Made by a program: the position numbers and the translations under genes. The notes below the pieces were generated by a model. It saw only the letters and a program-made list of their open reading frames with translations. It ran no database searches and was not told the DNA's origin. A DNA stretch of 56,692 nucleotides, counting the filler, from Sphacelaria rigidula (Eukaryota): NCBI GenBank assembly GCA_964200075.2. It is 2 parts of 2 records of this genome, joined end to end, with 100 filler letters (N's around TTAATTAATTAA, not from the genome) between each part and the next. Parts side by side here need not be neighbours in the genome. Positions count along the whole stretch, not along the records: positions 28,420 to 56,692 come from CAXNAA020000102.1; 1 more part is not named here. One strand, 5' to 3'. Below, one piece after another: positions 38,201 to 51,484 of this stretch (positions are counted from its first letter, which is position 1; each line of letters starts with the position of its first letter).

Positions 38201-41200
38201 AAAACAAAGTGCCAACACTCAGTAAGTGCTAGATCTCATGGGAATTCATATGCCACACGAATGAGTATGTGAGGCTTGAAAAACAAGCAGGAACACACGA
38301 AGAACACTGTTGACGAGAAATTAGCAAATTACATGGGACGGGAAAATCACTGTAGCTATTGGACACGACATACGGAATGAATGAAAACGCTGGGGGTCGG
38401 CAGGACGAGTAGTAGCGTGAAAGAGTAATATCTCGAGTGGAATCTCTGCAGCAATTACATGAATAATTATGTCGTATCAGAAACGCTGCTGCAACCTCTC
38501 AGGGGGCGCTTGCTCAAGCGCTAAATCCGTAGGAATGCAGGACTTGCAACACCTTGTTGTGAGGCAGGAAAACGCATGCGTACGATACATCTCATGATGT
38601 ACTGTCATTCGTATGAGAGCCGCTGCAATCTACTTCATGTTCACACCAGAACCGTACGTAGACGTATCGGGGCGCGGGTTCAAAAAATATCTGTCTAGCT
38701 GTGTCCGGTAGTTTAGATATAAAATCACACCTGCATGATGTCTTGGTGGAAGTCAACCGATGAGCACGCCCATGCCCAACAGTATTACAGACACCACTCA
38801 TCAATACGGGCCAGATATTCTTCAGTTGGACTTGCAAGGGTGTTGGGAAAATGCTCCCGTGTTGGACTACGTGCGAAAAATGCGTACAACCCTCCATTAA
38901 CGAACGTCGTACCTGCAAATGCTTTATCTCGTCGCTGATTCCCCCAAGGTCAGCCTGAAATCCCAGCAACATCTCCTGCATGCGCGCCAAGATGGCATCA
39001 CAGCCCTGTATCTGTGGCATGGAACAGACGCAACGCAGGACTTCACACTGTGATGGGCGCAACAAATTCAACATGTGTGGTCAGGGCAATCCACCACCCG
39101 GCCACGAGGTGATACTAGTTCGCTGTTGACATGCCATCCAGGATTGGTTGATACCAAGAGGACTCGCACAACAACATTCATGCTCCCCATGAATCGACAA
39201 GCCAAAAAAATAAGTATCAACAACAAGCGCTCCATTTTTTGCAGTCGATGACAACTCCTGTTGCCATACAATTAACGTATAGCTCTTTCCTCGCGATGAG
39301 CCAGCTTCTTCATCGCAAATAGCACCAATACCACAACGTCCGTAGGACACAAGCAGCACAAAATACGGCGGTTGGCGGGTAACAAAAGTTTCGAGTGTCA
39401 ACTGTCATTCGCAACTTATCCGAAGGAACGGAGTTGCTTACTGGGAACATCCAGCACATCTTCAAGTCGAGTGAAATGGCAAGTATTGCAAGCTCCGGAG
39501 TTTCCACGGCGCACGGGTAGCCGAGAAAACCGCGGGTAGGTCAGCAAATCAAGCAACGACGTGACTCTAGGGACGCAAAGACCTGGAAGAGCAGTCGTCG
39601 AACAGATGGGCTTCTAAACTTTCTTGACGCATCATCTCACCTGCTTGTGCAAAGCAAGCACTTCCTCGCTTTGTGCGGCATACTCCCGGACGCTGTCTAG
39701 CTCCACCTAATTTCACCCAATTGAGAGAAGGTCCGGATGATGACTCATGATCAGCAGAGGGACATTAGCTTTTGACGTTCGACTGCGAACGCGTAATATA
39801 AAGGTTGCCGAAAATGTGGCTCCAGCGAATACTCAATAGAAAACCGCCTGCCTACGGGCTATATTCTCCTCATTTTGCCATCGTTGGTCTGCAGTTCATT
39901 CTCGTGTGGGGCCGTGTGACGTTGAGCGTACAGACAGGCTCAGCTACGGACCAAAACTGCACAAGGGCACGGAGTTTACGCGATGTGAACCACGGGCAAG
40001 GAGTTGGGAGTTCTGGACTACAACTGACTACTAGAAACAACGCTCAACGACACAGTCTACGATCACTCCAGCGTGTTACATGAGCCTACCCGTGGTCGAC
40101 ACAGGGAATAACGTAATGGTTTCCTTGAAGCATGAAATAACTCGCGTCTTGGAAACTTCGACACATTTTGGTGTTTGCATCGATTGATGTACTGAAGTTA
40201 GTACCATTCGTTATACAGCCGAGAAAAAGATTGTCTGCTTACAGCACTCGTACCGGTCAGTTCGAGGTGTGTTTATCCAATAACATGGCTGACGCACACT
40301 TGTTTCTTTTGCGAAGCCTAACCCTAGCACTTAACCCAACCCACAGCACACCGAAAATCCTTGTGAAAAGCGGGTGCAGAGGGTGCCCTAGGTAAAGTGT
40401 GTCTCGATGGAGCTCGAAGCGGCGCCGGTCTGAACAAAAAAAACACGTTGAGGGCACGTTGGCGAGCACATGGGACGGTCAGCCCACTGAATATCCGAAT
40501 ATGCTGATGTACGCTGCAACCGAGTATGTTTCAATCATGAACGTTGACGGCGGGTTGGGGTACAAACTACTGGTCAGTTTGGTGTAAGTTTCACATCGTC
40601 GGTATTCACTTGACTTCACAGCCTAGAGCGCCAGATCCCCTCAGGTCGTGTCTCAGCCCGATTTCTGGGCAAACAGGTTTTTGAGCCGAGTCAGGTCATA
40701 CTTGTTTCGGACAGGTGTGGGCCTACGCTGAAAATGACTGGAGAAACGAACAATAGCTTGACCGAGCAAGGCACTCCAGGACCTAGCTCACGTGAACAGG
40801 GAATAGTTGGGCCGAATCTCACGGCAGGCGATCCGGATTTGAAGAGGTTGCGTTCGATCTCTCGGGTGATCCGGGCCAAATTGAAATTTCGCACATCACC
40901 GATACCAATCTTACGGGATTTTCGTCACATAATCGTTGCATGGTTGGTCGTATCCATCACATCACCGGTGCATATTAACGGTCACAGCAGAAGAAGAGCC
41001 CAGTGGTTTCAAAATTTACCCCACATGTAACTTGGCACTTATCGATAAAAAGCCCTATAGAATTTCCCTGTGTAGCACACTTCATGCCCAGACATGAGGG
41101 GAGCTGTACAGAAACGATGTCGCATGGTGCTCGGTCACAGCCGAAAACATCACTCATCCCATGTTTGGTCCGTAACTCGACAACCGTGATGCCGTTGTAG

Positions 41201-44200
41201 GCGAGACTAGGGTGTTTGATTGAACGATAAAAAATCGGCAAAACGTGGTTTGCGCGAGCTGCGTACCCTGGTGAGCTCTGTACCCAAATGACGCCGCAAC
41301 GTAGCGGCAGGTGTCACAGCCGAAACCAGTCATACATCTCAATGCCTCTTGAACGACCATGTCCCCTAGAGGGTCCGATATCTGGGGGCCTGTGCTTGGG
41401 TGCTCCACACATGCTGGCAAACACGGCTGTGCAGCGAGTAACTTCCACATCTGCACGAGCCCGTAGAATTTCAAACGACCGTTCCCTCTGCAAAAAGTGA
41501 GCTAGGCCCTGTAGCATCTAACTCGGTCAAGTCACAGCTCGTTTCTCCGCTCATTTCCTTGTGTAGACCCGGACTTGCCCGGGACAAAAAACACATTGGC
41601 CCGATTCGGATTCAATCTCGCCAAGATTTGGGTGATCAGAATCTCACGTTCACTGAACAGGTGATCCAACATGGCGGTGAAATGGTGAAGACACGCCTCA
41701 CATCAATGCCGTGTGCGTTTGTTCGGAAATTACAGTGATTTCGTTGTTTGATCGTCGCGCATGAACTGATGCCCGAGGGATACAACAGTGGTCACAACAA
41801 GTGTGCGTTGAATCATCACACGATCAAGCATGCTTTTTGTAGCTAAGGCGGGAGTTCAGAAGCAGCGCCAGCCTCACCCCGAGAAACAGAGCACCATAAG
41901 TTTTGTGCAATCGGCAATGTCGCGTTGATTCCACAAAAAATACAGTCAGCAGTGGGACCTAACGCATTATTACTGCTGTCCTCAAGGCCGAGGTTCCGAT
42001 TTGATTTCGCCGTCTGCGTGCCACGTCCACGAGTTATTCTTCTCCCGGCCGTGAGACATCTGAAATCAGGGATTTGAAATCCTCTCCAGGCCTCTGTCGT
42101 GGGCAGCAACAAAACATAGATATTGTAGCACTAGGTTGAGTCGGTTTGTTGGCCTGCTGTGCTGTATCGGGAGAAGGACAGCTGGCGATGGTTTCAAGTG
42201 TTGTGTTGCTAGCTATAGATCTGCAGAGCTCACACTCGGTACAGGTATAGTGGGTACAGGCAATGGTCATAATATGAGTTCCGTTCAGGCGAACAAAAAT
42301 AACCACGGACGAAGCAAAGGCAACGCTATTTTTGCACACATTTAGGCACTTGTAGACAGTACTTCTTACGTGGATTTAAATAAATGAACAAACACAGTAC
42401 AGTTGTACTGTGTTGTAAATGTAGTGTACTGTGTTGTCTGTGTGCTGTTTCGCTGTACGCGTGCTGTGTAAAACTCAGAGCAAATAAGTACAGCCATTGC
42501 TGAACAGAGAACAATAGTACGATGATGACAACAAGTACAGTACAAGGAGCGGTGCCGCACAGGTTGAAAGTGAAGCATAGAGCATCAGAAACGTGATATG
42601 TACACTGTTCTCACGTTTCCAAAGGCGGAAATCAGACACATCTCTTGGAAAAAATGTTGCTGCCGAGAATTGGACCCTCGACGTTCCGCCACGCCAGGTT
42701 TCAGTTTCACCAATTATTCCACCAGGGCGTATATCTGTACCTCACGACCGGGGCAGTTTTTGAGTGCGGTCACGGAGTTCATTTCTTCGAGCTGGGAACT
42801 GAAACTCTGGCACGTGATTTGCAAGGTACTATCGATACATTTCGAGAAGCCCTAATTTATTTTTCTTTGTCAACATACGACCCACCCGTCGAATTCGTCA
42901 AATTGGCCGTTATGTTGGTCGGTCCTATCCCAACCGAAAAATGAGGAGAACGCTGAGGGCTCGTTGAAATGTGTAGGCGAGTGCCATGGTGATCACTTGT
43001 CAAAAATTCAGGTCCCAACTCGAAAATGTTAGCGCCGCGTGGCTATATTGGCGAATCCCTAGAGCTCGGAAAATGGTACCAGTTATAACTGGTCATCATC
43101 ATTATAATGGTGATGATGGTAATGGTTATATGAAAATTTTGGATAATGGTTTCAAAGTTTTATTTACCGTTACCCGGCTTTATAAAGCCGTTACCGGCTA
43201 CCTATGCTGCGTACAGCCTTTGAAAATTGGCCCAAATTTGACGTATTTCTCAGCTCTAGTGAAGCCAAATAGCGAAAAAACATGTCTGCCGCACGGCGCC
43301 TCCAGCGGGGCACTCTCTGCCGGGGGTCTTTTTGGCTCGCGGCTGCGCCGCTCGATGACCGAACTATCATGTACCATTTAACTGATTAATGGTTGGACAA
43401 GCGATTTCCGAGTCGACGAATCCCCGTGCTCTTGCCCGACCCAGCTCGTGAGCATTGCATCAATAAGTTGCACTGCAACACAACCCCACCGTGGCTGTTC
43501 AACCACGTTAGCCTGCCGCGATGCTATTGATCGAAAACAAGAAAACGCGAAGCAGTGTTAGCGCCCGGAAGTCCTGCTAGATCTTCTTCGCCTTTAATGC
43601 CGCCATCCTCCATGGGACCCAAAACTCGCAGCAGACCGCGGGCGCTAAAACGGTGAAAGGATAAGGATACTCAGTTCTTCGGCTGTGTGCCACGACGAGC
43701 CATACCAATGAATTTCACATGGACGACCTCACGCCCCCTGACCTCCTTGAAACCCAGCCCCTTATGGAAACAGCTTTCGACTACTGCACGTACAATATCA
43801 CGACATTCACCACCCGATTGTTGGAAGTTGGAAGCCATAACATGGTGCTTGTAGATCCGCCTTCCTCACAAATGGGTCACCGGTGTTGCACAGATTCGTT
43901 GTTTTGCGGATTGGGGATTTGTCTCCATAAGAGGGTCTGTATTAATAGTACATTATTTTCGAATTGATTTGAGCGAAATTCGCTATTTCTTCTCGACCTG
44001 GGTCCAAGATAATTTTCAGGCTTTCGATCGAAAAAAGACAGTGAAATTCGTGAAACGGTACATGGTCACTCGTGTACAGTATTTGTACTGTCTGTAAAAG
44101 TGTTGAATATCGGACGGAAAAAAAAATCGATACGATACTTTGAAATATCAACGAAAAACGCCGATGTCGATATATATTTTTTATACTCGAAAAATGGTGC

Positions 44201-47200
44201 GATATGTATGGAGTATCGATACTCGATACGATACCGCACTTTTGGTACTACACTGGCACACGAGCAACCTAACTCGAAGTGGGGGCACGCCTGATGGTAT
44301 GAAGGTATAGCAGCAGAAGTATGTGATTTGTTATTAGACATCATAGAAGAGGCGGCACAACACGCGGCGTGATGCCTCTGTCTAACAAAAATTGTTCGTC
44401 ATTGTACAAGAGGCAAGAGGCAGAAGAGGTAGTTGATCGCAACGCCAGGTGTGATGTGTGATGCATAGTGTTGTTCAAGCCGGTGATACACAAAGTATAT
44501 TTTGTGACAATTATTCTGTTACGTTTCGATCGAATCAAATCATTTACCTTGACTCTGCGCTTTACGAACATGAAGGGAGCCTGTGCGAAAAATAATACAA
44601 GTGCGAAGGATGAAGAAATGATGACCTCGAGAAGCGGGCGCGGACTAGAGATCATACAGCAGAAAGGTAAAGCCCATCGCTCCTGCTCGAGAAACGCACT
44701 TGATATCATTTTATACCTACTCTATGGCCGGGGTGTGCTTGCCCTTGTCTCTCTGTCCTCCATCGCGTCCATTGTGCGGGTGGCCGGGGACAACAACAGA
44801 GGTCTCGAGCACCCGTTCGATGGCAACATCAACAAACCATCTGTTGTTCTGACGGTAGACGTTACTTGTGCTCATGGTTTTTCAGTGTAATGATTGCCAC
44901 CATCACCGCCATGCCTTACAGTACCTCTCGCACAGGACTAACTGTATAGCACACAGTTCTGTCTGTACTACTTACTGCGGTAGGGAACAAAGTTACGCGG
45001 TACTGTCTGTACTGTCTGTGGAATATACATATACTAAAAACAATTAGCCCAAACACACAAAAGCACGTGGGTCGGTTGCCTGCCAAGCGTGTGAAGCATT
45101 TGCGGTATGTTCAACGACGGTACACCGTACTACAGTACTGCTACTGCTATTGCTTTCACGGCTAGCTGGTGGTGGTTCGTCTGTGTATGTGTGCGTGTGA
45201 GCTGTGTTGCGGGTGTGCGTGCCGTGGCGTGCCCTATATGCCTGCTCTCATTTGCGCGGATGCTTTTAAAAATGGTGTGCCGGCTCTGCTGCGTGCGGGT
45301 GGATTCACAAATGGTGTTGGTTGGACCAGCGGGTCTGCACAAATGCAATGTGGGACCGAATATTTCTGCAGGCAGGTTCTCTTATTTGCCCTGCGCAGGC
45401 GTATATACGCCGGCCAGTGGGGTGGTGAGCAGAAGCATGCGAAAAAAGGGGGACGATATGCTGCCTACCACCCTCCATGTACTTCCAAGCTGCCGAGCTC
45501 CCAAATACCGACGATTCGAGTACCGATATCGATATTCATACGTGTCGACAAGTATCGGCTCGGAAGCTGGCGATATCGATACACCGCATCGACGATATAT
45601 ATCGAAATCGTATCGAATATCGATATACGATTTTCAACACTGACAGTGTTAAATATCGAAGTGAATGAAATCTTCGACACAATACTTTGAAATATCGACG
45701 TTCGTCGATATCAATATTTTTTTTCGATACTCGGAAAATGACGCGATACTTATTGAGTATCGATACTCGATATGATACCGCTATTTTGGTAAGAACGCAC
45801 CTTGCAAGACCGAATGGTACTACCACACTGGCATTCGAGCAACCTAACTCGAAGTGGGTGCACGCCTGATTGTATGAAGGTACAGCAGCAGAAGTGTGTG
45901 ATTAGTTATTTGACACCATAGAAGCGGCGGCACAACACGCGGTGTGATGCTTCTGTTTAACAAAAACTGTTCATTGTGCAAGATGAAGTAGGCAAAAGGG
46001 GTAGTTGATCTCAACGCCAGGTGTAATGTGTGATGCATAGTGTGTTGTTCAAGCCGGTGATACACAAAGTATATTTTGCGACCATTTTTCTGTTGTGTTT
46101 CGATCGATTCAGGGCATTTACCTTGACTGCGCTTTACGCACTGCGAATGCACTCCTCATTTTTCAATAACAAACGCGCCAAACCTAGAAACTTCGCGAAT
46201 AAATGCAAAAGCCCGCTCGCTTTTGCTGTTCTCCAAACTAAACAAGGGAAAACATCGGCAGCGTACGTCCATTTTTTTTTGTTGGATGCCCAACAAATTA
46301 TAAACTCCAGACGCCTTGTGACTATGAGACGAGGTCAGTGGGGCGGCCGCTGGTGCAGCAGCAGCCGCCGTAGCAGACACAGACGGTTCGACAGAAACGT
46401 TGACCGCAGAGTTTGCGCTACCGCCGGCGACAAAGCCGAAAGTCTGAAGGCTCACGTTACAGACCGGTGTGGTTCGCAGCAAGTGGGTGCGCAGTGCGCA
46501 GACGCGGTGTGTGTGGTTTGTGTGGTGTGTGGTGTGTGGTGTGTGGTGTGTGGTGGGGTGGTGGGCGGAAGCATGAACCACGCGAAAGAAGGGGGAAGAT
46601 ATTCTGCCTACCACCCCCCATGTACTTCCAAGCTACCGACCCCCCAAATATCGACGATATCAAATACCGATATCAATACCGATTTTGATTCGTATCGACA
46701 AATATCAGCTTGGAAACCGGTGATGTCGATACGGGGTATCGGCGATATTTATCGAAATCGTATCTAACCTCGACATCTGATTTTCAACACTGTTTTTGTT
46801 TCGATGCGACATATTGGATACCACCCCCCTCTTGGTACCGGCACCTTAACCAGAATACGTTTTTGTTCAATAGCTACCTGCGTCCACAGTATACTATACT
46901 ATGCTGTACCGTACGGCTGTTGTCGCTGTGGTGTACTGATTGTACTGCGGTACCGGCTGTGGTTGTCGGGGTACATTGCTCTATACGGTACTGTCTCTAG
47001 GTCCGTACATGCCGACATTCGATGTTCCGTCCAAGTCTCTCCTTCGAAACATATGATTTCTCAAAAATTCTCGAAGTCATCGGAATACAAGCTTGCGTGA
47101 TCAGCCAGCCGGTCTACGACCACCGCCATGGCGCCATGTGTCGTTCACACTGTACCATACCTCTCGCAGCTCAAGGTCGATGTCTCTCGCGTAGCCCCGT

Positions 47201-47307
47201 AGATCCACACCTTGAAGCAGCGCTTGTCGAACAATGTCATCTTGCTGGAACTGCTCCAAGTCCTCGTCGATCCCTGAGAAGTCAATTTCATCGTGACCTT
47301 CCTCCAT
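29209..47307 (-). CDS. VPS52: Vps52/Sac2 subunit of the GARP/EARP tethering complexes, 12 exons (about 597 aa seen; C-terminal exons missing at the gap)
   Basis: In-frame exons 47161-47307, 39641-39706, 38913-39011, 37713-37880, 37493-37609, 36909-37006, 36341-36518, 35508-35744, 34889-35133, 34559-34739, 34221-34304 and 29209-29380. Family motifs: GVDLRGYA, CDAILARMQEMLLGFQADLGGISDEIKHLQ, LLWPRFK, PHYITRRYAQF, FLINNY. Confidence 0.95.
29716..29870 (-). repeat. Probable retroposon 3'-end fragment, dispersed family
   Basis: catgaactgatgcccgagggat-cagccgtg recurs at about 30830-30960 (with a (GATT)n tail) and 41746-41795. Confidence 0.55.
31855..32150. repeat. Degenerate ~42-bp minisatellite, block 1
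   Basis: Units resembling cccacctgTCATTCATRCGRCATGAATCAaacrtacatgttt. Confidence 0.65.
32370..32870. repeat. Second copy of the ~500-bp repeat
   Basis: See 21560-22060. Confidence 0.6.
33598..33890. repeat. Degenerate ~42-bp minisatellite, block 2
   Basis: About 6-7 units of the same consensus and orientation as block 1. Confidence 0.65.
42655..42730 (-). mobile_element. tRNA-like SINE head remnant
   Basis: Reverse complement CGCCCTGGTGGAATAATTGG...GGTCCAATTCTC resembles degenerate A/B boxes at tRNA spacing. Confidence 0.4.
44098..45642 (+). mobile_element. Non-autonomous hAT-like DNA element, copy 1
   Basis: Termini aAGTGTTGAATATCG ... CGATTTTCAACACTG; subterminal TATCGATA repeats; shares 5' and 3' blocks with copy 2. 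Confidence 0.65.
45644..46792 (+). mobile_element. Non-autonomous hAT-like DNA element, copy 2 (directly tandem to copy 1)
   Basis: Termini CAGTGTTAAATATCG ... TGATTTTCAACACTG. 45815-46138 matches 44243-44566, and 46553-46792 matches 45418-45642. Confidence 0.65.
46509..46565. repeat. (TGTGG)n microsatellite
   Basis: Direct inspection. Confidence 0.85.
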
Positions 47308-47994
47308 AATGTAGCTCTTCTAGCCTTGTTTTTTCATTTACTGCGGATAGGCCGACTACTGTCGTGAGGGAAATACAGCAGACGTGGAGCCCCGGTTCAT
47401 CTGAGGACTCATACGGGGACAAGTCAACATTTCATTCGACATCACAATACCTTCTTGACCCGTTGGTCATGTAGCAGGTTCCAACTTCGAACATAAATTC
47501 TAGTGCCATTGTTTCTAGTGTGTATACATAAAATATACGTAAATGTTTCAGAAAAACCCGAAAGTATGAGTCTAGGTCTCCTGGACTTTTTCAAATGGTG
47601 GAAGTTTGGTATAGTCAGTATGCTTCCTGGATTGGAGGCCCCAAGCTCTACTCCCGGCCCCGAAGTTGTCAACCGGAAAATGACATAGAGTTCGCAAGAG
47701 ATGCATGTTACATGTCTCTTGAAAAAAAAATTCTCAGTTTAAATCTATGATCAATTTGTGCTGCAGTAATGCGATGTCCTCGCAAGGTCGGTGGATGAAT
47801 CGGACATCTTCGAGAGATTATGTGCAGTGATTATGTTAGTATTGTGCTAGATTGTGGATGATTCGTGACTACCTGAATCATGGATCATTTTCGCCGATCC
47901 CATTACAGCTGTATTAGGGGTGGTAAATAACGTGATATCACCCGGGCACAATCCTTTACAGCGCTCACACAGCGAGCTGTGCCATCTCTCCATC
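47308..47994. promoter_or_regulatory. Divergent intergenic region (putative bidirectional promoter), VPS52/SYS1
   Basis: 687 bp between opposed start codons; promoter function inferred. Confidence 0.55.
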
Positions 47995-48303
47995 ATGGGG
48001 CAATTCGACCCCAAGCTCATCGTTTCCCAGATAGTGGCGCTACAGAGCTTCTACTATGTCATTATGGGAGCTTTACTCGGAGTTTCCAGGTGATATTTTT
48101 CATCTTGTCCTCTGGACCCTATAGACCTCCTGTTATGCTCTCTACAGCCACCTCTAACCGCACGCCCTGTGCCCCCAATATACTAGGGCTATCTTTGGGA
48201 CAGAAGTTGGAATGCGGTTGATCTTCTCCGCGAAGACAGTATCGCTGTCGACGGCGGTGGGCTGGACGGCAATTTGGTGCCATATTCTCACGGCTTTATC
48301 TGG
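47995..48303 (+). CDS. SYS1: Sys1 Golgi integral membrane protein, first two exons (remainder not found in the window)
   Basis: Exon 47995-48089 (MGQFDPKLIVSQIVALQSFYYVIMGALLGVS) and exon 48187-48303 (RAIFGTEVGMRLIFSAKTVSLSTAVGWTAIWCHILTALS, donor GTAAGT). FDP-LI-SQI---Q--YY is the Sys1 N-terminal signature. Confidence 0.88.
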
Positions 48304-48608
48304 GTAAGTCCTGTCGAGAGCGAGGGGTTCGCCTATAATGGGTTGACGCATTACGGCGCGACGTTTCGATAGCAGTCTAGAACAGAATGTGCAGGCTCGA
48401 TGTCTCTGTAGGTCAAAGTGAGTCACCAGCCGTTGTACAACCATCCAGCCTGCAAATTTTTCCGCGTCGTTCGCCTATTCATAGTGTGCTATACTCGGTC
48501 GACGGTAGGCGGCGTGCTGCATTGTATTAACTTTGGATGAGGTGCTTCCACAAAAAAAAACTTGACATTCCTTTGAGACTACTACTCTCTGTAGATGAGT
48601 ATCGGAAA

Positions 48609-48980
48609 TGTGTGTGTGTTGTGTGTGTATTGTCGTCCCATTTATTCTGGGCACCAGTCTACATCTTTCGGTATATGTGGGCGCATCAGCCGGGGTCACA
48701 CAGGAGGACGGTCAACACAGGAGCTTTTTTATTTTTTATTTGTTTTTAATACCCTACCTTCCTTCTGCGGTGCCTGCCTATATTTCTTGTCGCGAGAGGG
48801 GTTCAGTGATCCCTTTCCCTTGTCGACCGTTAAGTCGAATTTGGTGTACCCACGACATAGTCGCTCTGCACTGTTGGGCATGGGGTGAGAAAAGATTCCA
48901 GGTCACTCCGGGAATCGAAACCCCCTACTCAACCATCAGAAGGTTACGAGGTTACCAACTGAGCCACCGGGGCGACCGGC
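48609..48980 (-). mobile_element. tRNA-derived SINE, family A, copy 2
   Basis: Same head (TGGCTCAGTTGG...GTTTCGATTCC), body and (CA)n tail. AAATGTGT occurs on both sides (48606-48613 and 48982-48989), consistent with a target-site duplication. Confidence 0.82.
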
Positions 48981-51090
48981 TAAATGTGTACAGCATATTG
49001 CAGTTTTTGTTCTGTACTATTATACTTGAATCGTACATCGCTGTTTGAGGGACAGCGCGGAGTTGTTTCGCTACGACGGCGTATAGAGAAGAAGTCATCC
49101 CAGTTTTACTTTCTCATCATCATGGGATAGTTGCCCGCTCCTGCCTCGTGGGCGTTCCCGCCTCGAAACCCGTTGAATGCACGTCGCACGTACTGTCGAA
49201 CTGCTCCGCGCCGCAGTAGTCAGGGACTGAGTGACACCTACTGTCAAACTCCCCCGCACCAGACCGTGGATACCACCCGTAATATTTCTCTTATATGGTG
49301 GTGATACCGCATCAAGCCCTGCCCCTGAAGCCGCTAATCTGAACCATTACCAACGCCGAAATCGTTGGGGGCCGCAGCTCAAGTAGCAGGCGGCAACGTG
49401 CGTGTAAGCATAAATGTTGACTTCGTGGAGGTCGACGTGTGCGAAGCCCGCTGACCCACGTGCAGAGAAGCAAGGCAGGAACCAGGGTAGGCTGGAAAGA
49501 GCGTGGAGACGGAGAGAAGTCCACAAGTGGTGGGTCAGGTATTAAGAGGAAATATCTGTAGATAGAAGGAAATATAGTAGGAGAAAAAGGCCAGCTCGAT
49601 GAGCAGCCAAAGCATAGGCCCGCATTGATCGTTCTGCTGTGAGGGCGGTGTCTCGATCGAAGGAGCTGATAGTTGCCACCTGGAACGTACGCACCATGGC
49701 TGATTGAGGAACCAACGGTGCAGGCGTACTACACTTGTTGCTCTTTGTCACCACGTATGACTGTGGTTTTATCGCCCTGGTTCATGTGTTTCATCGCCCT
49801 ACAAGATACCCGTCGCCACGAAAAGACAACCTTTCAAACGCCAGTCGCTCGGCATGTCATCCACTGCGGTCACTTCATGGAGGCAGGGGTAAACCGGGAA
49901 TACTCGGTGTCGGCCTTGCGATTAAAGAGTCTATCGCCAGCGAGCTAGGCCTAGAAGACATCGTCCCCGAGCACATCAGTGCGAGGATGCTGAAGGTGCG
50001 GATAGTTTTCAGACACGAACCTTCTTCGTGGGGTACGCTCCTTCTGACACAGCAGCCACCTCTGACAAGATCAAGGCCTGGGAGCGTAGTTACTTCGCTG
50101 AAATGGCACCAACGACCACACGATATTCTTGACGGATACCAACGCTGATACCAGAAAAAAGGAGGAGGAAGAGACATGGAAGACGATCAGGTTTTGGCAG
50201 AATATGGCAGAGACACCCTCAATGACAACGGCATGCGACTGCTGACGTACGCTGCGAAAAATAAAATGGCGATCATCAACACATTCTTTTAGCGCGCCAA
50301 CTAGCGGGGAGAGCTCAGCCGCGTACACACATGAGGGGGCGAAGGGCGGATACCGCTGGCCCCTGGACTCCTCTTTGGTACGTCAGCAAGACCCAAGACC
50401 CGTTCGAAACGTCACTGTGAACCACAAGATGAAGTAGAACCATCTACTGACTTCAGCCTCAATCCGTATCCCTGGGTGGAGCACACCCATCCGCCGAACA
50501 AAACTGGGAGGTGGGGGCAGCAGAGTGCGTTTTGATCGGAAACTCCTCGCATCCGACCGGTGTTGGGGATCGATCATATCGCAGGCCGCTGCCGCCAATC
50601 TCCTGAATGCCACCCTCTCTACCGCAGTCCTGGACATCAGCGACATGGCATATGCCTTCGCCACCGCCTTGCGACAGACGGGTGCGGATATACTACCTCG
50701 CTGCCAAGCGTACCCTCCACCTATAGAGGTTACAGCGCCATAGCCTCCCAACAGGCGTGGAATGTCAGGGATCGTGTATGGGAGAAGCTACGCGCCAGCC
50801 TCCACGACCTTGGCCCGATAACGGCGCTGAAGTTGACAGACGTAGCGTTCAAGCGGGTGACCGAGCTGCAGAAGTACCTACATGAGTTCACTAGGCAGCG
50901 GAGTTTAACGGCAAGAAAAACCATGCAGGACTGTACCAAACATCAAGTTCTCGAAATGGAAAATAAGAAGAGGCGTGGCCCAACCTATATCAGGAGCGCA
51001 TCTTACAAGCTGTTGCTGGACACGAAAGCTATCCTACAGCGGTGGAGAGTGGATTGAGACGCTCTGGAACGCAAGTTCGCCTACGCTCAA

Positions 51091-51171
51091 CCCCCTTGTC
51101 TGCTCCGTCTCGCAAGGGATGCGTGGTCAATGGTCAAACGACTAAGGCAAGGAACAAATGAGTACGCCCCC
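51091..51171. repeat. The ~80-bp element nested in the LINE
   Basis: Same core as 6910-6999; flanked by CCCCC; interrupts LINE peptide SPTLN.. / VIDRVEQMP. Confidence 0.75.
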
Positions 51172-51338
51172 TGTCATCGATCGCGTTGAACAGATGCCAG
51201 AGCACAAGCCGCTCGCAGCCGAACTCTCGATGAAAGAAGGTAAGGAAGCAGTGGGCATGCTGGCGAACGGCAAGGCCATTGGGTCTGATGACCTGTGTGG
51301 CGAACTGTTGAAGCTTAGCCTCACCTAGGACTCAGACA

Positions 51339-51484
51339 TGAGTGGTTCTACGGTGCGGTGCACATTTCCCCCTAAGGCTCTGCACTAAAGGAATCTCTTG
51401 GTGACAAACATCTGGGTCTTACCTGATTGTGCAGCCTCAGAAAATGTTCGGACTAAAATTGCACCCCTACCGTAGAATCACTCA
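51339..51484. mobile_element. MITE nested in the RTE LINE (same TIR family as 4807-5064)
   Basis: TIRs of about 25 bp; removing the element restores the LINE peptide ELLKLSL...DILKCFHNIV. Confidence 0.75.

Noticed and set aside
46030..46767. 245-aa ORF as a gene
   Set aside because: Lies inside a repeat copy and spans a microsatellite; no protein motif.
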